Assembly: GCA_002269645.1 (NCBI GenBank)
Contig: NIVC01001967.1
Coordinates: 153,418 to 217,417 of the forward strand
DNA from: Macrostomum lignano
Lineage: Eukaryota
DNA: 64,000 nt
Reading direction: 5' to 3'
The position numbers were made by a program, and so were the translations under genes. Below, piece after piece: positions 37,136-49,049 of the stretch (positions within the stretch are counted from its first letter, which is position 1; each line of letters starts with the position of its first letter). The notes under the pieces were generated by a model. It saw nothing but the letters and a program-made list of their open reading frames with translations, did not search any database and was not told where the DNA came from.

Positions 37136-39422
37136 TAAGCCAAGGATTATTGCACTTGATAAACCAAGGATATTGCACTTGATAAGCCAAGGATTATTGA
37201 ACTTGATAAGCCAAGGATTACTGCACTTAATAAACCAAAGATTATTGCACTTGATAAGCCAAGGACTATTGCACTTGATAAACCAAGGATATTGCACTTG
37301 ATAAGCCAAGGATTATTGAACTTGATAAGCCAAGGATTACTGCACTTAATAAACCAAAGATTATTGCACTTGATAAGCCAAGGACTATTGCACTTGATAA
37401 ACCAAGGATATTGCACTTGATAAGCCAAGGATTATTGAACTTGATAAGCCAAGGATTACTGCACTTAATAAACCAAAGATTATTGCACTTGATAAACCAA
37501 GGATTACTGCGCTTGATAAGCCATGTATTATTGCACTTGATAGTAAAGAATATTGCACTTGATAAGCCAAGGATTATTGCGCTTTGATAATAAGGAATAT
37601 TGCACTAGATTAGAAAGGGCTATTGCACTATCCCAGACATCGATTTTTGGACTTGATGAGTAAAGGATTATTGCACTTAGCTGAGAAGCTGACTATTGCG
37701 CTGTCTAAAAAAGAGACTATTGCGCTCGCTGAGATGTGGATTGTTGCACAACCTGAGAAAGCGATTATTGCTTTAGTGGAGGTAACATTTGCACTAGCTA
37801 CTTGCTGTCTCGTGGATGCTTGCTATCTGGAGGATGCTTGCTCTCGAGGGGGATACCTGCTATTTGGGAGGGTGGGGGTATACTGGCTAAATGTATGGGA
37901 TTCTTTCTATCTAGGGATGCTTGCTATTTAGGGATTCTTGCTATCTGCAGGATGCTTGCTATCTGGGTGGATGCTTTTATAATATCTTGGGGTGCTTGCT
38001 ATCTGCAGGATGCTTCTATAATATCTGGGGGTGCTTGCTTTCTGCAGGATGCTTGCTATCTGGGTGGATGCTTCTATCTGGGGGGGGGGGTGCTTGCTAT
38101 TTGGGTGGATGCTTCAACAATATCTGGGGGATGCTTGCTATCTGCAGGATGCTTGCTATCTGGGTGGATGCTTAAATAATTACTTGGGGGAGCTTGCTAT
38201 CTGCAGGATGCTTCTATAATATCTGGGTGGTGCTTGCTATCTGCAGGATGCTTCCAAAATATCTGGGGGGTGCTTGCTATCTGCAGGATGCTTGCTATCT
38301 GGGTGGATGCTTCAACAATATCTGGGGGATGCTTGCTATCTGCAGAATGCTTGCTATCTGGGTGGATGCTTCAACAATATCTGGGGGATGCTTGCTATCT
38401 ACAGAATGCTTGCTATCTGGGTGGATGCTTCTATCTGGGGGATGCTTGCTGCTGTCTGCAGATGCTTGCTATCTGGGGTGATGCTTGCTATCTGGGGGAT
38501 GCTTCCTATCTGCAGATGCTTGCTATCTGCAGATGCTTGCTATCTGCAGATGCTTTCTATCTGCAGATGCTTGCTATGAGCACTAGAGAATGCTTGCTAT
38601 CTGTGGTTGTTTACTTTTAGAGGGGGGTGCTTGCTGTCTTGGGAATATTTTCTATTTAGGCGAAGCTATATTTTGTTGTCTGTTTGTTAATTTTAGAGAA
38701 AAAGTAATTCTTTCACTTTGCAAACATCTTTGTCCGTGACAATTTTACACGAATAAGGTAATTTTTAAAAGTGAAGAAGGAATTGGTGTTTAAGAAAATG
38801 TGCTTTTTTATTGTTTTCCATGAACTAATTTTGCTCCTTTCTTATTGGGCGCCCCGAAGGCGCTTGATAAGCCAAGGATTACTGCACTTGATAAACCAAG
38901 GATTATTGCTCTTAATAAGCCAAGAATTATCACTTTTAATAAGCCAAGGATTATTGCACTTGGCAAACCAAGAATTACTGCACTTGATAAACCAATGATT
39001 ACTGCACTTGATAAACCAGGGATTATTGCTCTTAATAAACCAAGGATTATTGCGCTTGATAAGCCAAGTATGACTGCACTAGATAAACCAAGGAATATTG
39101 CACTTGATAAACCCAGAATTATTGCTCTTAATAAACCAAGGATTACTGCACTTGAAAAACCAAGGATTACTGCGCTTGGCAAATCAAGGATTATTGCACT
39201 TGGCAAACCTAAGATTACTGCACTCGATAAACCAAGGATTACTGCACTCGATAAACCAAGGATTACTGCACTTGATAAACCAAGGATAACTGCACTTGAT
39301 AAGCAAATGATTATTGCTCCTGATAAGCCAAGGATTATTGCACTTGGCAAACCAAGGATTACTGCACTTGATAAACCAAGGATTACTGTACTTGATAAAC
39401 CAAGGATTACTGCACTTGATAA
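37136..39422 (+). repeat. 24-bp minisatellite (37136-37620 and 38865-39422) around an 18-bp GGGGGATGCTTGCTATCT array (37800-38625), H2
   Basis: Tandem units read directly from the sequence. A further 18-bp block lies at ~39455-39650. Confidence 0.9.
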
Positions 39423-40308
39423 GCTTGGCTACATGTGTGGGATTCCTTCTATCCAGGGATGCTTGCTATTCAGGGATTCTTGCTATCTGCAGGATGCTTG
39501 CTATCTGGGTGGATGCTTCTACAGTATCTGGGGATGCTTGCTATGTGCAGGATGCTTGCTATCTGGGGTGAAGCTTTCTACGTGTATTAAGGGATGCTTG
39601 CTATCTGCTGTTGCTTACTTTTGGAGGGGGGTGTTTGCTATCTGGAGGGATACTTGCTGTCTTGGGAATATTTTCTATTTAGGTGGAATGTCTGTTATCT
39701 TTGTGAAAGCTATATTTTGTTGTCGGTTTGTTAATTTTAGAAAAAAGGAGATTCATAGCAAATATCATTGTCCGTGACAATTTTACATGAATAAGGTGAT
39801 TTTTAAAAGAAGAAGGAATTGTTGTTTAACGCCAGTGATGCCTCTGCATGATAGGCAACTGTGTTGCCTTTGGGTAACAATATTTTTTGCTGTAGCTGCT
39901 TTTCCAGCCATTGCCGAGCGTACTGCTTCTGCTTACACCGCTACAGAAGTAGTACGCTATTGCTTTGAAAGAAGGCAAGTATGGTTGAATTGTCAGTTTT
40001 AAAATTCTACACAAGCATGTTTTATTAGCACATAAGCCCAGAATTAAAATGAGAATTCGATTCCTAGCCCCCCTCCCTAAGAATTCTTTTCATTTTAAAG
40101 GATTCGTCCCTTGCTTATTGGCCACCCCGAAGGGGGGCGCTAGATTGCTAGTCTTTTACTCAATCCTGTCAATTTATAATTATTGAAATCGATTTACATG
40201 TAAATGTACCACGTACAGTATTAATACTGCATTTACGTGTACATTGCTACATATATGTTAATGAATACAGCTTCAAGTCGTACATTAGCTGCGGTCAGCA
40301 CACAGCAA

Positions 40309-40525
40309 TGTAGTGACTGTGCATCAGGCCTAGGTGTTGTAACTAACGTTGAGGCTATAATTGTTCAATTACCTTATATGCATCGTGCGTTCAATTATGG
40401 TATCGTTGTTTCGATTGCGTAACACTGTTGTCAACGTGCACATGAGTATAAATACGAGCTATATTGAGCGAGACTCAAGTGTCTCCAACTGAATTGAATT
40501 TAATAAATCAACTAAAAACACAACA
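40309..40525 (+). repeat. 5' LTR
   Basis: Starts TGTAGTGACTG and ends AAAAACACAACA. It is a direct repeat of 43882-44092. Confidence 0.93.
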
Positions 40526-40526
40526 A

Positions 40527-43500
40527 ATGGCGACGAGACTTCCATACCCAGCGGAGTTTCAACCCGTACCAGGAGAACCTCCTGTGCCATGGGCAAGGTG
40601 GATTTCGACATTCAACAACTTCCTGGTGGCCGAAGACCTCGGAGAGGCATCAGACGGTCGTAAAAAGGCGATTCTTCTGCACCTGCTTGGCGAAGAGGGA
40701 CGCCGCGGAGCTGCCAACGTCGATACAACAAAGTCACTTCAGGAGACCCAAGAGCTACTGAAGGGCATCTTCGGCTCGTCGAGAAGCGCCATAGCAGAGC
40801 GCTTCGCCTTTCGGCAGCGAGCCCAGCACGACGGCGAGAACATCAGCGACTACGTGATGGCCTTGAGAGAGCTGGCAACAACCTGCAACTTCGGCACGTT
40901 CCACGACGAAATGATCAGAGATCAGCTCGTGGAGAAAACCGGTGTACCTCGCATCAGGGAGCGACTTCTGATGGAGGAGGACAGCCTCACGCTGGCAGAC
41001 GCCATGAAGATTGCTGGAAGAATTGAAGCAGCAATCAAGGATGCCAAGCAGGTCAGCAGCCAAGACCTTCAGGTGAAAGCGGTGAACAAGAGACCGACTG
41101 CTCGTTCTGTCAAGAAAGCTGCAACGCCAGGTTCGAAGTGCACCCGATGAGGAGGCAATCACGAGAACAAGAGCGAATGCAAAGCGATGGGACAGAAGTG
41201 CAGACGATGCGGCAAGACGAACCATTTCGCGAAAATGTGCCGCAAGAAAGCGGTCTCTGCGATCGACACCAAAGAGACTGCAGAGTCCAGCCTGACGGTC
41301 CTGGCCGTGAACAACAGGAGCATCGACAACTTATTCTGCGACTGCCACTTGGACGGGCAGATGATCCGACTACAAATCGACTGCGGTGCTGCCGTCTCAT
41401 TGCTCAACACGGAGACGTTCAAGAAATCCTTCGCTAGGCACCCGCTGCTCCTGACGAGCACAAGACTGGAGGTATACGGCGGATTTGCGATCAAGACCAT
41501 CGGCAAGGTCGAGCTTCCAGTGACGTTTAACGACATCAGGACAGAAGCCACATTCTACGTCGCCGACAAAGGAGCGAACATCCTGGGCCGCGACCTGTTT
41601 CAGGCCCTCGGATTCCAAGGCGACAACAGAGTGATGAGCATCAGCGAGACTACGATCGAGCGCGACTTCCCTGGAATCCTCGATGGTCTGGGCCGGTCCA
41701 AGAGCTTCATCCACCGGACAAAGATCGACGCCTCGGTCAAGCCAGTGTCTCAGCCAATGCGGAAGCTTCCGATCGGCCTGAAGGACGAAGTAACGTCAGA
41801 GATCAGCCGGATGGAGCAACAGGGCATCATTGAGAAGGTCGACGCGTCCGAGTGGGTCAGCAACGTAGTCGTGACGCGTAAGAAGGAGTCCAACAAGGTT
41901 CGTCTCTGCGTGGATCTGCGGCAGGTCAACAGGGTGGTGATCGCGGACCGCTATCCGGTACCGTCAATCGAGGACCTATCGGCTCGAAGTGCTTCAGCAA
42001 GCTGGACCTGCGTCAAGGCTACCAGCAGATTCCGCTGCATCCAGAATCTCGAGGACTGACGTGCTTCATCACCGATGCCGGCCTGTACCAGTTCACCGTG
42101 GTGCCATTCGGGCTATCCAGCTCCGGAGCTGCCTTCCAGCGAGCCCTGCAGACGGTGCTTCGAGGAGCTCCAGGCGCCATCAACATTGTGGACGACATCC
42201 TGGTGCACGGCAAGGACGAGACTGAGCACGACAAGAACCTCCGAGAAGTCCTAGGGCGGATTCACCGCGAAGGCTTTACACTCAATCGAGAGAAGTGCAA
42301 ATTCCAGCAGGCGAGCGTGGATTTCTTCGGATTGGTCATCTCTGCAGATGGCATCAAACCGACCAAGTCCAACGTCGACGCAATTCTAAGAATTCCTGAG
42401 CCAACAACGGTCGCGCAAATTCAATCGTTCCTCGGCGCAGTGAACTTTTTGCACAAGTTCATACCGCATTACTCAGCGATCGCCGAGCCTCTGAGACAAC
42501 TGCTCAAAAAGGACGCGGACTGGCACTGGGGTGAGCGAGAACGTACAGCCTTCCGTACACTCAAGTCAGCCGTAACCAGCAGCCCAGTGTTAGCTCATTT
42601 TGACTGCCAAGCTGAGACGTACGTCACCTGCGACGAAAGTCTAGACGGACTGGGGGCGGTGCTCAACCAAGTACAAAACGGAAAAGAGGTGCCAATCGCA
42701 CTCAGCTCAGCGGAAAAGCGATACTCAGCCCGACGAGCCTGCGACTTCAAGTCATCGAGGAAGCCCACGAAGGGCATCCGGGCGTCGTTCGGTCTAAGCA
42801 GCGGTGCCGAGACACGGTCTGGTTTCCTGGAATTGACCGGCAGGTGGAGGACTACGTCAAGAACTGCACGGCCTGCACTCTGGCGGAGAAGTCCGGCAAG
42901 CCTCAACAGACGATCGTGACACCAGTCGAGGGGTCAGCAGGTCCATGGGACAAGATCGAAATCGACATCTTCGGCGAGGTCGCGGCGGCTTCACGGCATC
43001 AGCGGTTCCTACTGGTGATCCACGACCTGTACAGCAAGTGGCCGGAGATTGCAGCCATGGAAACCGTCACCTCTGCCAACATCATCAAGACGCTTCGGAA
43101 GCTATTCGGCCGGTGGGGAGTCCCAAAGATGCTGATCAGCGACAACGGATCCCAGTTCGTCAGTGACGAGTTCAAAGAGTTCCTGCGAGCCGAGGGCATC
43201 AAGCACAGCCGAGCGAGCCGGTACTACCCGCAAGGAAACGGCGGAGTCGAGCGATTCAACCGGAGTCTGAAGGAGGGCCTGGCAGCGAACCTGAAGGCGG
43301 GAGCGAAGTTCGAGGACGCCATCGACCTGGTGCTCAAGACCTACAGGACCAGCCAGCACGCTCTCACCGGGCTGACTCCAGCCGAGCTGATGATCGGGCG
43401 CAAGCTGCGGTCCGGGCTGCAGCTGCTCAGGCCGACTCAAGAACAACTGCCGAGCGACGACGACCTGCGCGACAGCATCGCGCAGAGGCAAGCTAAGAAC

Positions 43501-43870
43501 GCCGACTACACCAACAAGCGAAGGCGAGCTCGAGACTCAGCAGTCGAGGCCGGAGACTGGGTCTGGTGGCGCACAAGCTGGCAACCCGACTAAAGGAGCC
43601 GCTCAAGATCGCCTCCCGAGCAGGGCGCAACACCGTGCTGTCCGACGGTACAAAGTGGCACGCGAGCCGCCTGATCAAGTGCAACGACCCGACAGCACCC
43701 AGCGGCGCAGCTGACCGAGCGGGCGAGCTGTTCGAGGCGCTCCTGCTGCCTGAGCCGGTGGCCAGGGCGGCGACGGTGCCGCCACCACCGCCTGGCGAGC
43801 CGCTACCCGAGGCGGCGCTCCGAAGGTCGACTCGAGCTCGACGGCAACCGGCGCGTTATCCTCTTCCGGA
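40527..43870 (+). pseudogene. gag-pol pseudogene
   Basis: Gag starts MATRLPYP overlapping the PBS. The first Zn knuckle is broken by TGA at 41148-41150 and the second reads CRRCGKTNHFAKMC. Protease LQIDCGA, RT VRLCVDLR/PFGL/IVDDIL, truncated RNase H, integrase HHCC remnant and D-D35-E core (DIFG, SDNG, VERFNR). Several frameshifts and deletions. Confidence 0.9.
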
Positions 43871-43881
43871 AGGGGGGAGAA

Positions 43882-44092
43882 TGTAGTGACTGTGCATCAG
43901 GCCTAGGTGTTGTAACTAACTTTGAGGCTAGAATTGTTCAATTACCTTATCTGCATCGTGCGTTCAATTATGGTATCGTTGTTTCAATTGCGTAACACTG
44001 TTGTCAACGTGCACATGAATATTAAATATATTGAGCAAGACTCAAGTGTCTCCAACTGAATTGAATTTAATCAATCAATTAAAAACACAACA
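43882..44092 (+). repeat. 3' LTR
   Basis: Follows the polypurine tract at 43869-43881 and matches the 5' LTR. Confidence 0.93.
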
Positions 44093-44830
44093 AGCATACA
44101 GTATAAAAAGGATCAATGAGTACATGAACATGATGTACCACATGTACATTATGCGACTATATACTAAATGGTATATATGGAGAATGTACTTTTGTAAAAA
44201 GCGGTTCAAGGCTAATTTCCTTTCCAATTCCATCGGTGAAAAATTAGCTTCAAATGCGGATTAGCTTCAAGGCTACATTCTAGGCAAAGATTCTATTATT
44301 TGATGAGGATGCACTTTTTTTCCAAATGTCACGCTCACACATGGGCTCCAAACTTGTTGGCCTACTAACAGCAGGCTACGAGCATTTTTTTCCTTTTTTA
44401 TGTAATTTTCCTTGAATTCATCCTAGTAGGATCTTTGTAGCTATATGATTTTGCCATAATTGTAGTTATAATAACATAGGCGCGGTTTTCGCTACTCTTG
44501 GGGTCATAAATCATTGCTTTTGAGCTGGTCTCACAGCCACCTGCGCCTCACTCAGTGTTGAGCTGGCTGGCGTCTGAGATGATGCAGGTGGTAGCTTTTT
44601 TCTCATTATTTATGACAGGCCATCAGATTTATGAGGTCAGGGCCTATGGTTCGTGTTCACTCAAGCGTGCGACAGCTTTGAGAGCTATGCGTTTTTCCCC
44701 TAAAAGTACTTTGGGATTAGCGATTATCGATTTCTCTTCACCATCTTCACTTTCTATTTAATGAGATCTTTCCAATGCATACTTTTTCATTAATTTTTGT
44801 AATTCCTACGCGAAAGGTCATAAATCATAA

Positions 44831-45274
44831 TGTAGCGATTTTGAGTGATTTATGACAGCACCTGGTGTATTTTTATGGCCCCGAGGGAACTAATAGGATC
44901 GTTTGGTCACGTGAGTTTGAGTGGCAACAAGCTCAGCCAATCAGAAAATTCGACGTCAGTTATAAAAAATCGGCTCAGCCAATCAGCGAGGTGTTTCATT
45001 ATAACAAATTGCGGTCCAGTTGGCGGCTATATAAACCGATGTTTTTGGCCCGTTCGGACTCAACTTTTTGACGACTTGTCCTGACTTCGTCAGCCTTTTT
45101 GGACTCCCGGACTCATACCTCTGGAGTCACGACCGTCGTCTCTTGATCCCCGGATTGCGATAATCCCCTCATCATCAAGGACGAATCCCCCGATCAACGG
45201 CATCGATCGACGAGTTTAAGATTATCACCTGCTAGTTATCAATAAAGACTGCAACATCATCATCCCGGTCTACA
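44831..45274 (+). mobile_element. probable LTR of a second, unrelated retroelement
   Basis: TGTAG...CTACA termini, two GCTCAGCCAATCAG CCAAT boxes (~44931 and ~44973), TATATAAA at 45028 and AATAAA at 45241. No TSD and no partner LTR were seen. Confidence 0.5.
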
Positions 45275-45719
45275 GCTGCGAAGTAAGCCGATTTGGTCAC
45301 TGTGGATTACCTGGTCTCCGGCTGTTGAGTATCTGATTGGTTGGGTGAGAGGCTACCTAGACTTGCTTGATTGGGTGATCCCTTATCTGTCCCCTATTTC
45401 AGTAGCTGGATTAGGCGCACACTTTTGCTCATTTTGTTTAGTAGTGCTGTTATTAAGGCAGAAATCATTCAATAATACTGTTTAGTAGTCTGACTAGCAA
45501 TCTACGCCCCCCGTTGGGGAGCCAAATAAATGCAATACACGTTTTTTTAATAAGCTACATGTATCCTTGAAATCTTAAAAAATCTCCTGTCAAACCTTGT
45601 AAGCCTTGACATGTCAGTAATTCCCCCCCCCCACAAGCTTTGACATATCAACTTCCCCCCTTGACATCTCAGCAATGCCCCCAATAAGCCTTGGAAATCT
45701 AAAAATATCTGTCAACCTT

Positions 45720-45780
45720 CTAACCCTAGCCTAACCCTAACCCTAACCCTAGCCCTAACCCTAACCCTAACCCTAACCTA
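45720..45780 (-). repeat. interstitial telomere-like (TTAGGG)n tract
   Basis: About 10 CCCTAA/CCCTAG units on the + strand. Confidence 0.85.
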
Positions 45781-46629
45781 ACATTGAAATTTCAGTAATT
45801 CTCTCTAAGAGTCACTATAGCACTACTACAGCATTATAGCGATTTCCTGCAAGCCTCGACATCGTAGGGATTCCCAAATGAATCTCTTAACTTCGACATG
45901 AAGCTTCTTTTATTTTTTACATTACGCTTTTTTATCAGCGATCCCTCCCCTGAGGAGGCATCAAATAATGTAATAAAAAGTTTTCAATAAACTACATGTA
46001 GCTTCTGACTTTAGCCTTGAAATCTCATTTATACCCCGTGAGCCTTGACATCTCAGCTATTCCCCCCGTAAGCCTTAACCTGTCAGCGATGGCCTCCATA
46101 AACCTTGAAATCTAAAAAATCCCCTGTTATTCTGTTAACCTTGAAACCCGATAAAATATAACCCTCAACCCACACCTGACCTAAACCTAACTTTAACCCA
46201 ACCTAAAGCCTTGAAATCTCAGCAATTCTTCTCCCCTAAGCCTTGACATTTTAGTGATTCCTTCTTTAAGAATCACAGCACTATAACGATTTCCACCAAG
46301 CTTTGACATCGTAGCAATTCCCAAATGAATCTTTTAACTTGAACATGACTTTTCTTTTATGTATAGCTCGTACATACGCTCGTAGTGCTACTTTTATTTT
46401 TTACATGACTCTTCTTCTATAAGCGCCTCCCGTGGCGAGCCAACAAAGAATGCAATAAAAAAAAAATTGAGTAAAGTACATGAACTTTGAAGTAGCTTCT
46501 GACTTTTGCTTTGACATCTCAGAAACCCCCCCCGTAATCTCAGCAGTTATTCTCTGAGAGCCTTTACGTCTCAGTTTTTCTCCCCAGCACAGCATTATAG
46601 CTGCATTTAATTTTTGATTTTTATGATTT

Positions 46630-47790
46630 TCTATGATTTTTAAATGACGCTTCTACGATTTTTACATGACGCTTCTATGATTTTTTACATGACGCTTCTA
46701 TGATTTTTTACATGACGCTTCTATGATTGTTTACATGACGCTTCTATGATTTTTTAAATGACGCTTCTATGATTGTTTACATGACGCTTCTATGATTGTT
46801 TACATGACGCTTCTATGATTTTTTACATGACGCTTCTATGATTGTTTACATGACGCTTCTATGATTGTTTACATGACGCTTCTATGATTGTTTACATTAC
46901 GCTTCTATGATTCTTTACGTGACGCTTTTATGATTTTCACATGACGCTTCTATGATTTTTTAAATGACGCATCTATGATTTTTATATGACGCTTCTATGA
47001 TTTTTTTAAATGACGCTTCTATGATTGTTTACATGATGCTTCTATGATTTTTTAAATGACGCATCTATGATTTTTTTACATGACGCTTCTATGATTCTTT
47101 ACATGACGCTTCCATGATTGTTTACATGACGCTACTATGATTTTTTTACATGATGCTTCTATGATTGTTTACATGACGCTTCTATGATTGTTTACATGAC
47201 GCTTCTATGATTTTTTCATGACGCTTCTGTGATTGTTTACATGATGCTTTTATGATTGCTTACATGACGCTTCTATGATTGTTTACATGACGCTTCTATG
47301 ATTGTTTACATGACGCTTCTATGATTGCTTACATGACGCTTCTATGATTGTTTACATGACTCTTCTATGATTTTTTACATGACGCTTCTATGGTTGTTTA
47401 CATGACGCTTCTATGATTTTTACATGACGCTTCTATGATTTTTTATATGACGCTTCTATGATTTTTTTAAATGATGCATCTATGATTTTTATATGACGCT
47501 TCTATGATTTTTTACATGACGCTTCTATGATTGTTTACATGATGCTTCTATGATTTTTTAAATGACGCATCTATGATTTTTATATGATGCTTCTATGATT
47601 TTTTAAATGACGCTTCTATGATTGTTTACATGATGCTTTTATGGTTTTTTAAATGACGCATCTATGATTTTTATATGATGCTTCTATGATTTTTTAAATG
47701 ACGCATCTATGATTTTTATATGACGCTTCTATAATTTTTTATATGACGCTTCTACGATTTTTTACATGACGCTACTATGATTTTTACATG
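46630..47790. repeat. ~23-bp minisatellite ATGACGCTTCTATGATTGTTTAC
   Basis: About 50 tandem units with variable T-tracts. Confidence 0.95.
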
Positions 47791-47862
47791 ACGCTTCTTT
47801 TTAAAAAGTCTTTTAGTTTTCCTGACGTTGAAAAGCTTTAATTAAAAAAATTATACTCTATG

Positions 47863-47924
47863 AAAATTCGAACCATCGTCGCTGCATTTAGCAGTTCAGT
47901 CTGTTCACCTCTAGGCTAGCTCTC
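47863..47924 (-). promoter_or_regulatory. tRNA-Ser(GCT)-derived cassette (H6)
   Basis: Reverse complement reads GAGAGCTAGCCTAGAGGTGAACAGACTGAACTGCTAAATGCAGCGACGATGGTTCGAATT. Confidence 0.65.
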
Positions 47925-48374
47925 ATCGTTTTGATAACATCAAATTTTGCACTTATATAATTCAACAGTTTAAAATCCAAGCATAGAGTAAATCACACGA
48001 AGATGTTATGACATAATCAGTTTCTCAGTCAGTCAGTATCAGTTAACAATATGGTTACGCAATTTAAATCAAGTCTGGTGCTACGCTTCCACACTGCATT
48101 TTCAATTCAAGTCGGAGTTACAATTCAGTGATGATGCAATCTATTTCAGAACCAGAATTCAACCAGTCAGTTTTTTCTCTAGCATTCTTACAATGCATTT
48201 CAAGTCGAAAAGTTTGCTTGACCTTTGCAAAAAAGCATGTTTTTCGAATATTTAATGCCTTTAGCATCGAGCAATTTCTTAGCCGCGATGCATGTACAGT
48301 CACGGGAAAATTTCTGATCGAACAGTGCAAGTTTGAACAAAATCGGTCCAGCCATTTTTTCTCTAATCGATCAC

Positions 48375-48407
<33 letters not shown>

Positions 48408-49049
48408 CACAGACAGACCATTTTTAGTATATAGGACTAGCAATCTTCGCCCCCCGATGGGGGACATCTGGATAGAACTTCTGTTCTCTACAAATAAAAA
48501 AAAACCCGCCAAATAGAGTCTTCACAAAGACAATAGAAAAACTGCTCAAATGAAGCGCAATGCAAAAAGAAAACATCCCAAGACAGCAAACATCCCCCCT
48601 CCTCCCAGATAGCAAGCATCCCCAGATAGCAAGCACCCCAGATAGCAAGCACCCCCAGATAGCAAGCACCCCCAGATAGTAAGCACCCCAGATAGCAAGC
48701 ACCCCCAGATAGCAAGCACCCCAGATAGCAAGCACCCCCAGATAGCAAGCACCCCCAGATAGCAAGCACCCCCAGATAGCAAGCACCCCCAGATAGCAAG
48801 CACCCCAGATAGCAAGCACCCCCAGATAGCAAGCACCCCCAGATAGCAAGCATCCCTCAGATAGTAAGCACCCCAGATAGAAAGAACCCCCAGATAGCAA
48901 GCGTCCAATTGATAGCAAGTATCTATCCTTAAATAGCAAGCATCCACCAGACAAAAAGTATATAGTGCAACATTTCCTTTTAGCTTTCTAGGGGCTCCTT
49001 TATGATTGGCATGACGCTTCTTATTACGTTTGAAAATGTCTCTCCTGTG

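Larger units (their letters stand above)
22970..40151 (+). mobile_element. non-autonomous Helitron H2 (24-bp and 18-bp arrays, duplicated 3' module), interrupted by the nested H5-H4-H3 train at 24629-37135
   Basis: Starts TCCAATATACTAAAAATGGTCTGTC directly after the CTAG of H1. Its array resumes at 37136. Ends CCACCCCGAAGGGGGGCGCTAGATTGCTAG|T at 40148-40152. Confidence 0.85.
40309..44092 (+). mobile_element. Ty3/Gypsy LTR retrotransposon, Mag-like, decayed and internally deleted
   Basis: TG...CA LTRs at 40309-40525 and 43882-44092 (~95% alike by eye). PBS TGGCGACGAG at 40528-40537, PPT GAAGGGGGGAGAA, TSD AGCAA/AGCAT (one mismatch), and domain order gag-PR-RT-RH-IN. Confidence 0.95.
45494..48436 (-). 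mobile_element. non-autonomous Helitron H6 (23-bp array e, degenerate 30-bp units, telomere-like tract)
   Basis: Minus strand starts TCCTATATACTAAAAATGGTCTGTC, then (TCTA)n, core and tRNA-like cassette 47863-47924. Ends with a CCCC-AACG-GGGG hairpin and CTAG|T at 45494. Confidence 0.85.

Noticed and set aside
23636-39777. Long ORFs such as 24864-26387 (507 aa, ALDKPRII repeats) and 25369-26460 as proteins
   Set aside because: They are translations of a stop-free 24-bp minisatellite that is open in several frames and on both strands, inside Helitrons, with no domain or splice context.
40464-40526. ORF-track start of gag inside the LTR
   Set aside because: It uses a non-ATG start within LTR sequence, and the same peptide recurs in the 3' LTR ORF. 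The real ATG is at 40527.
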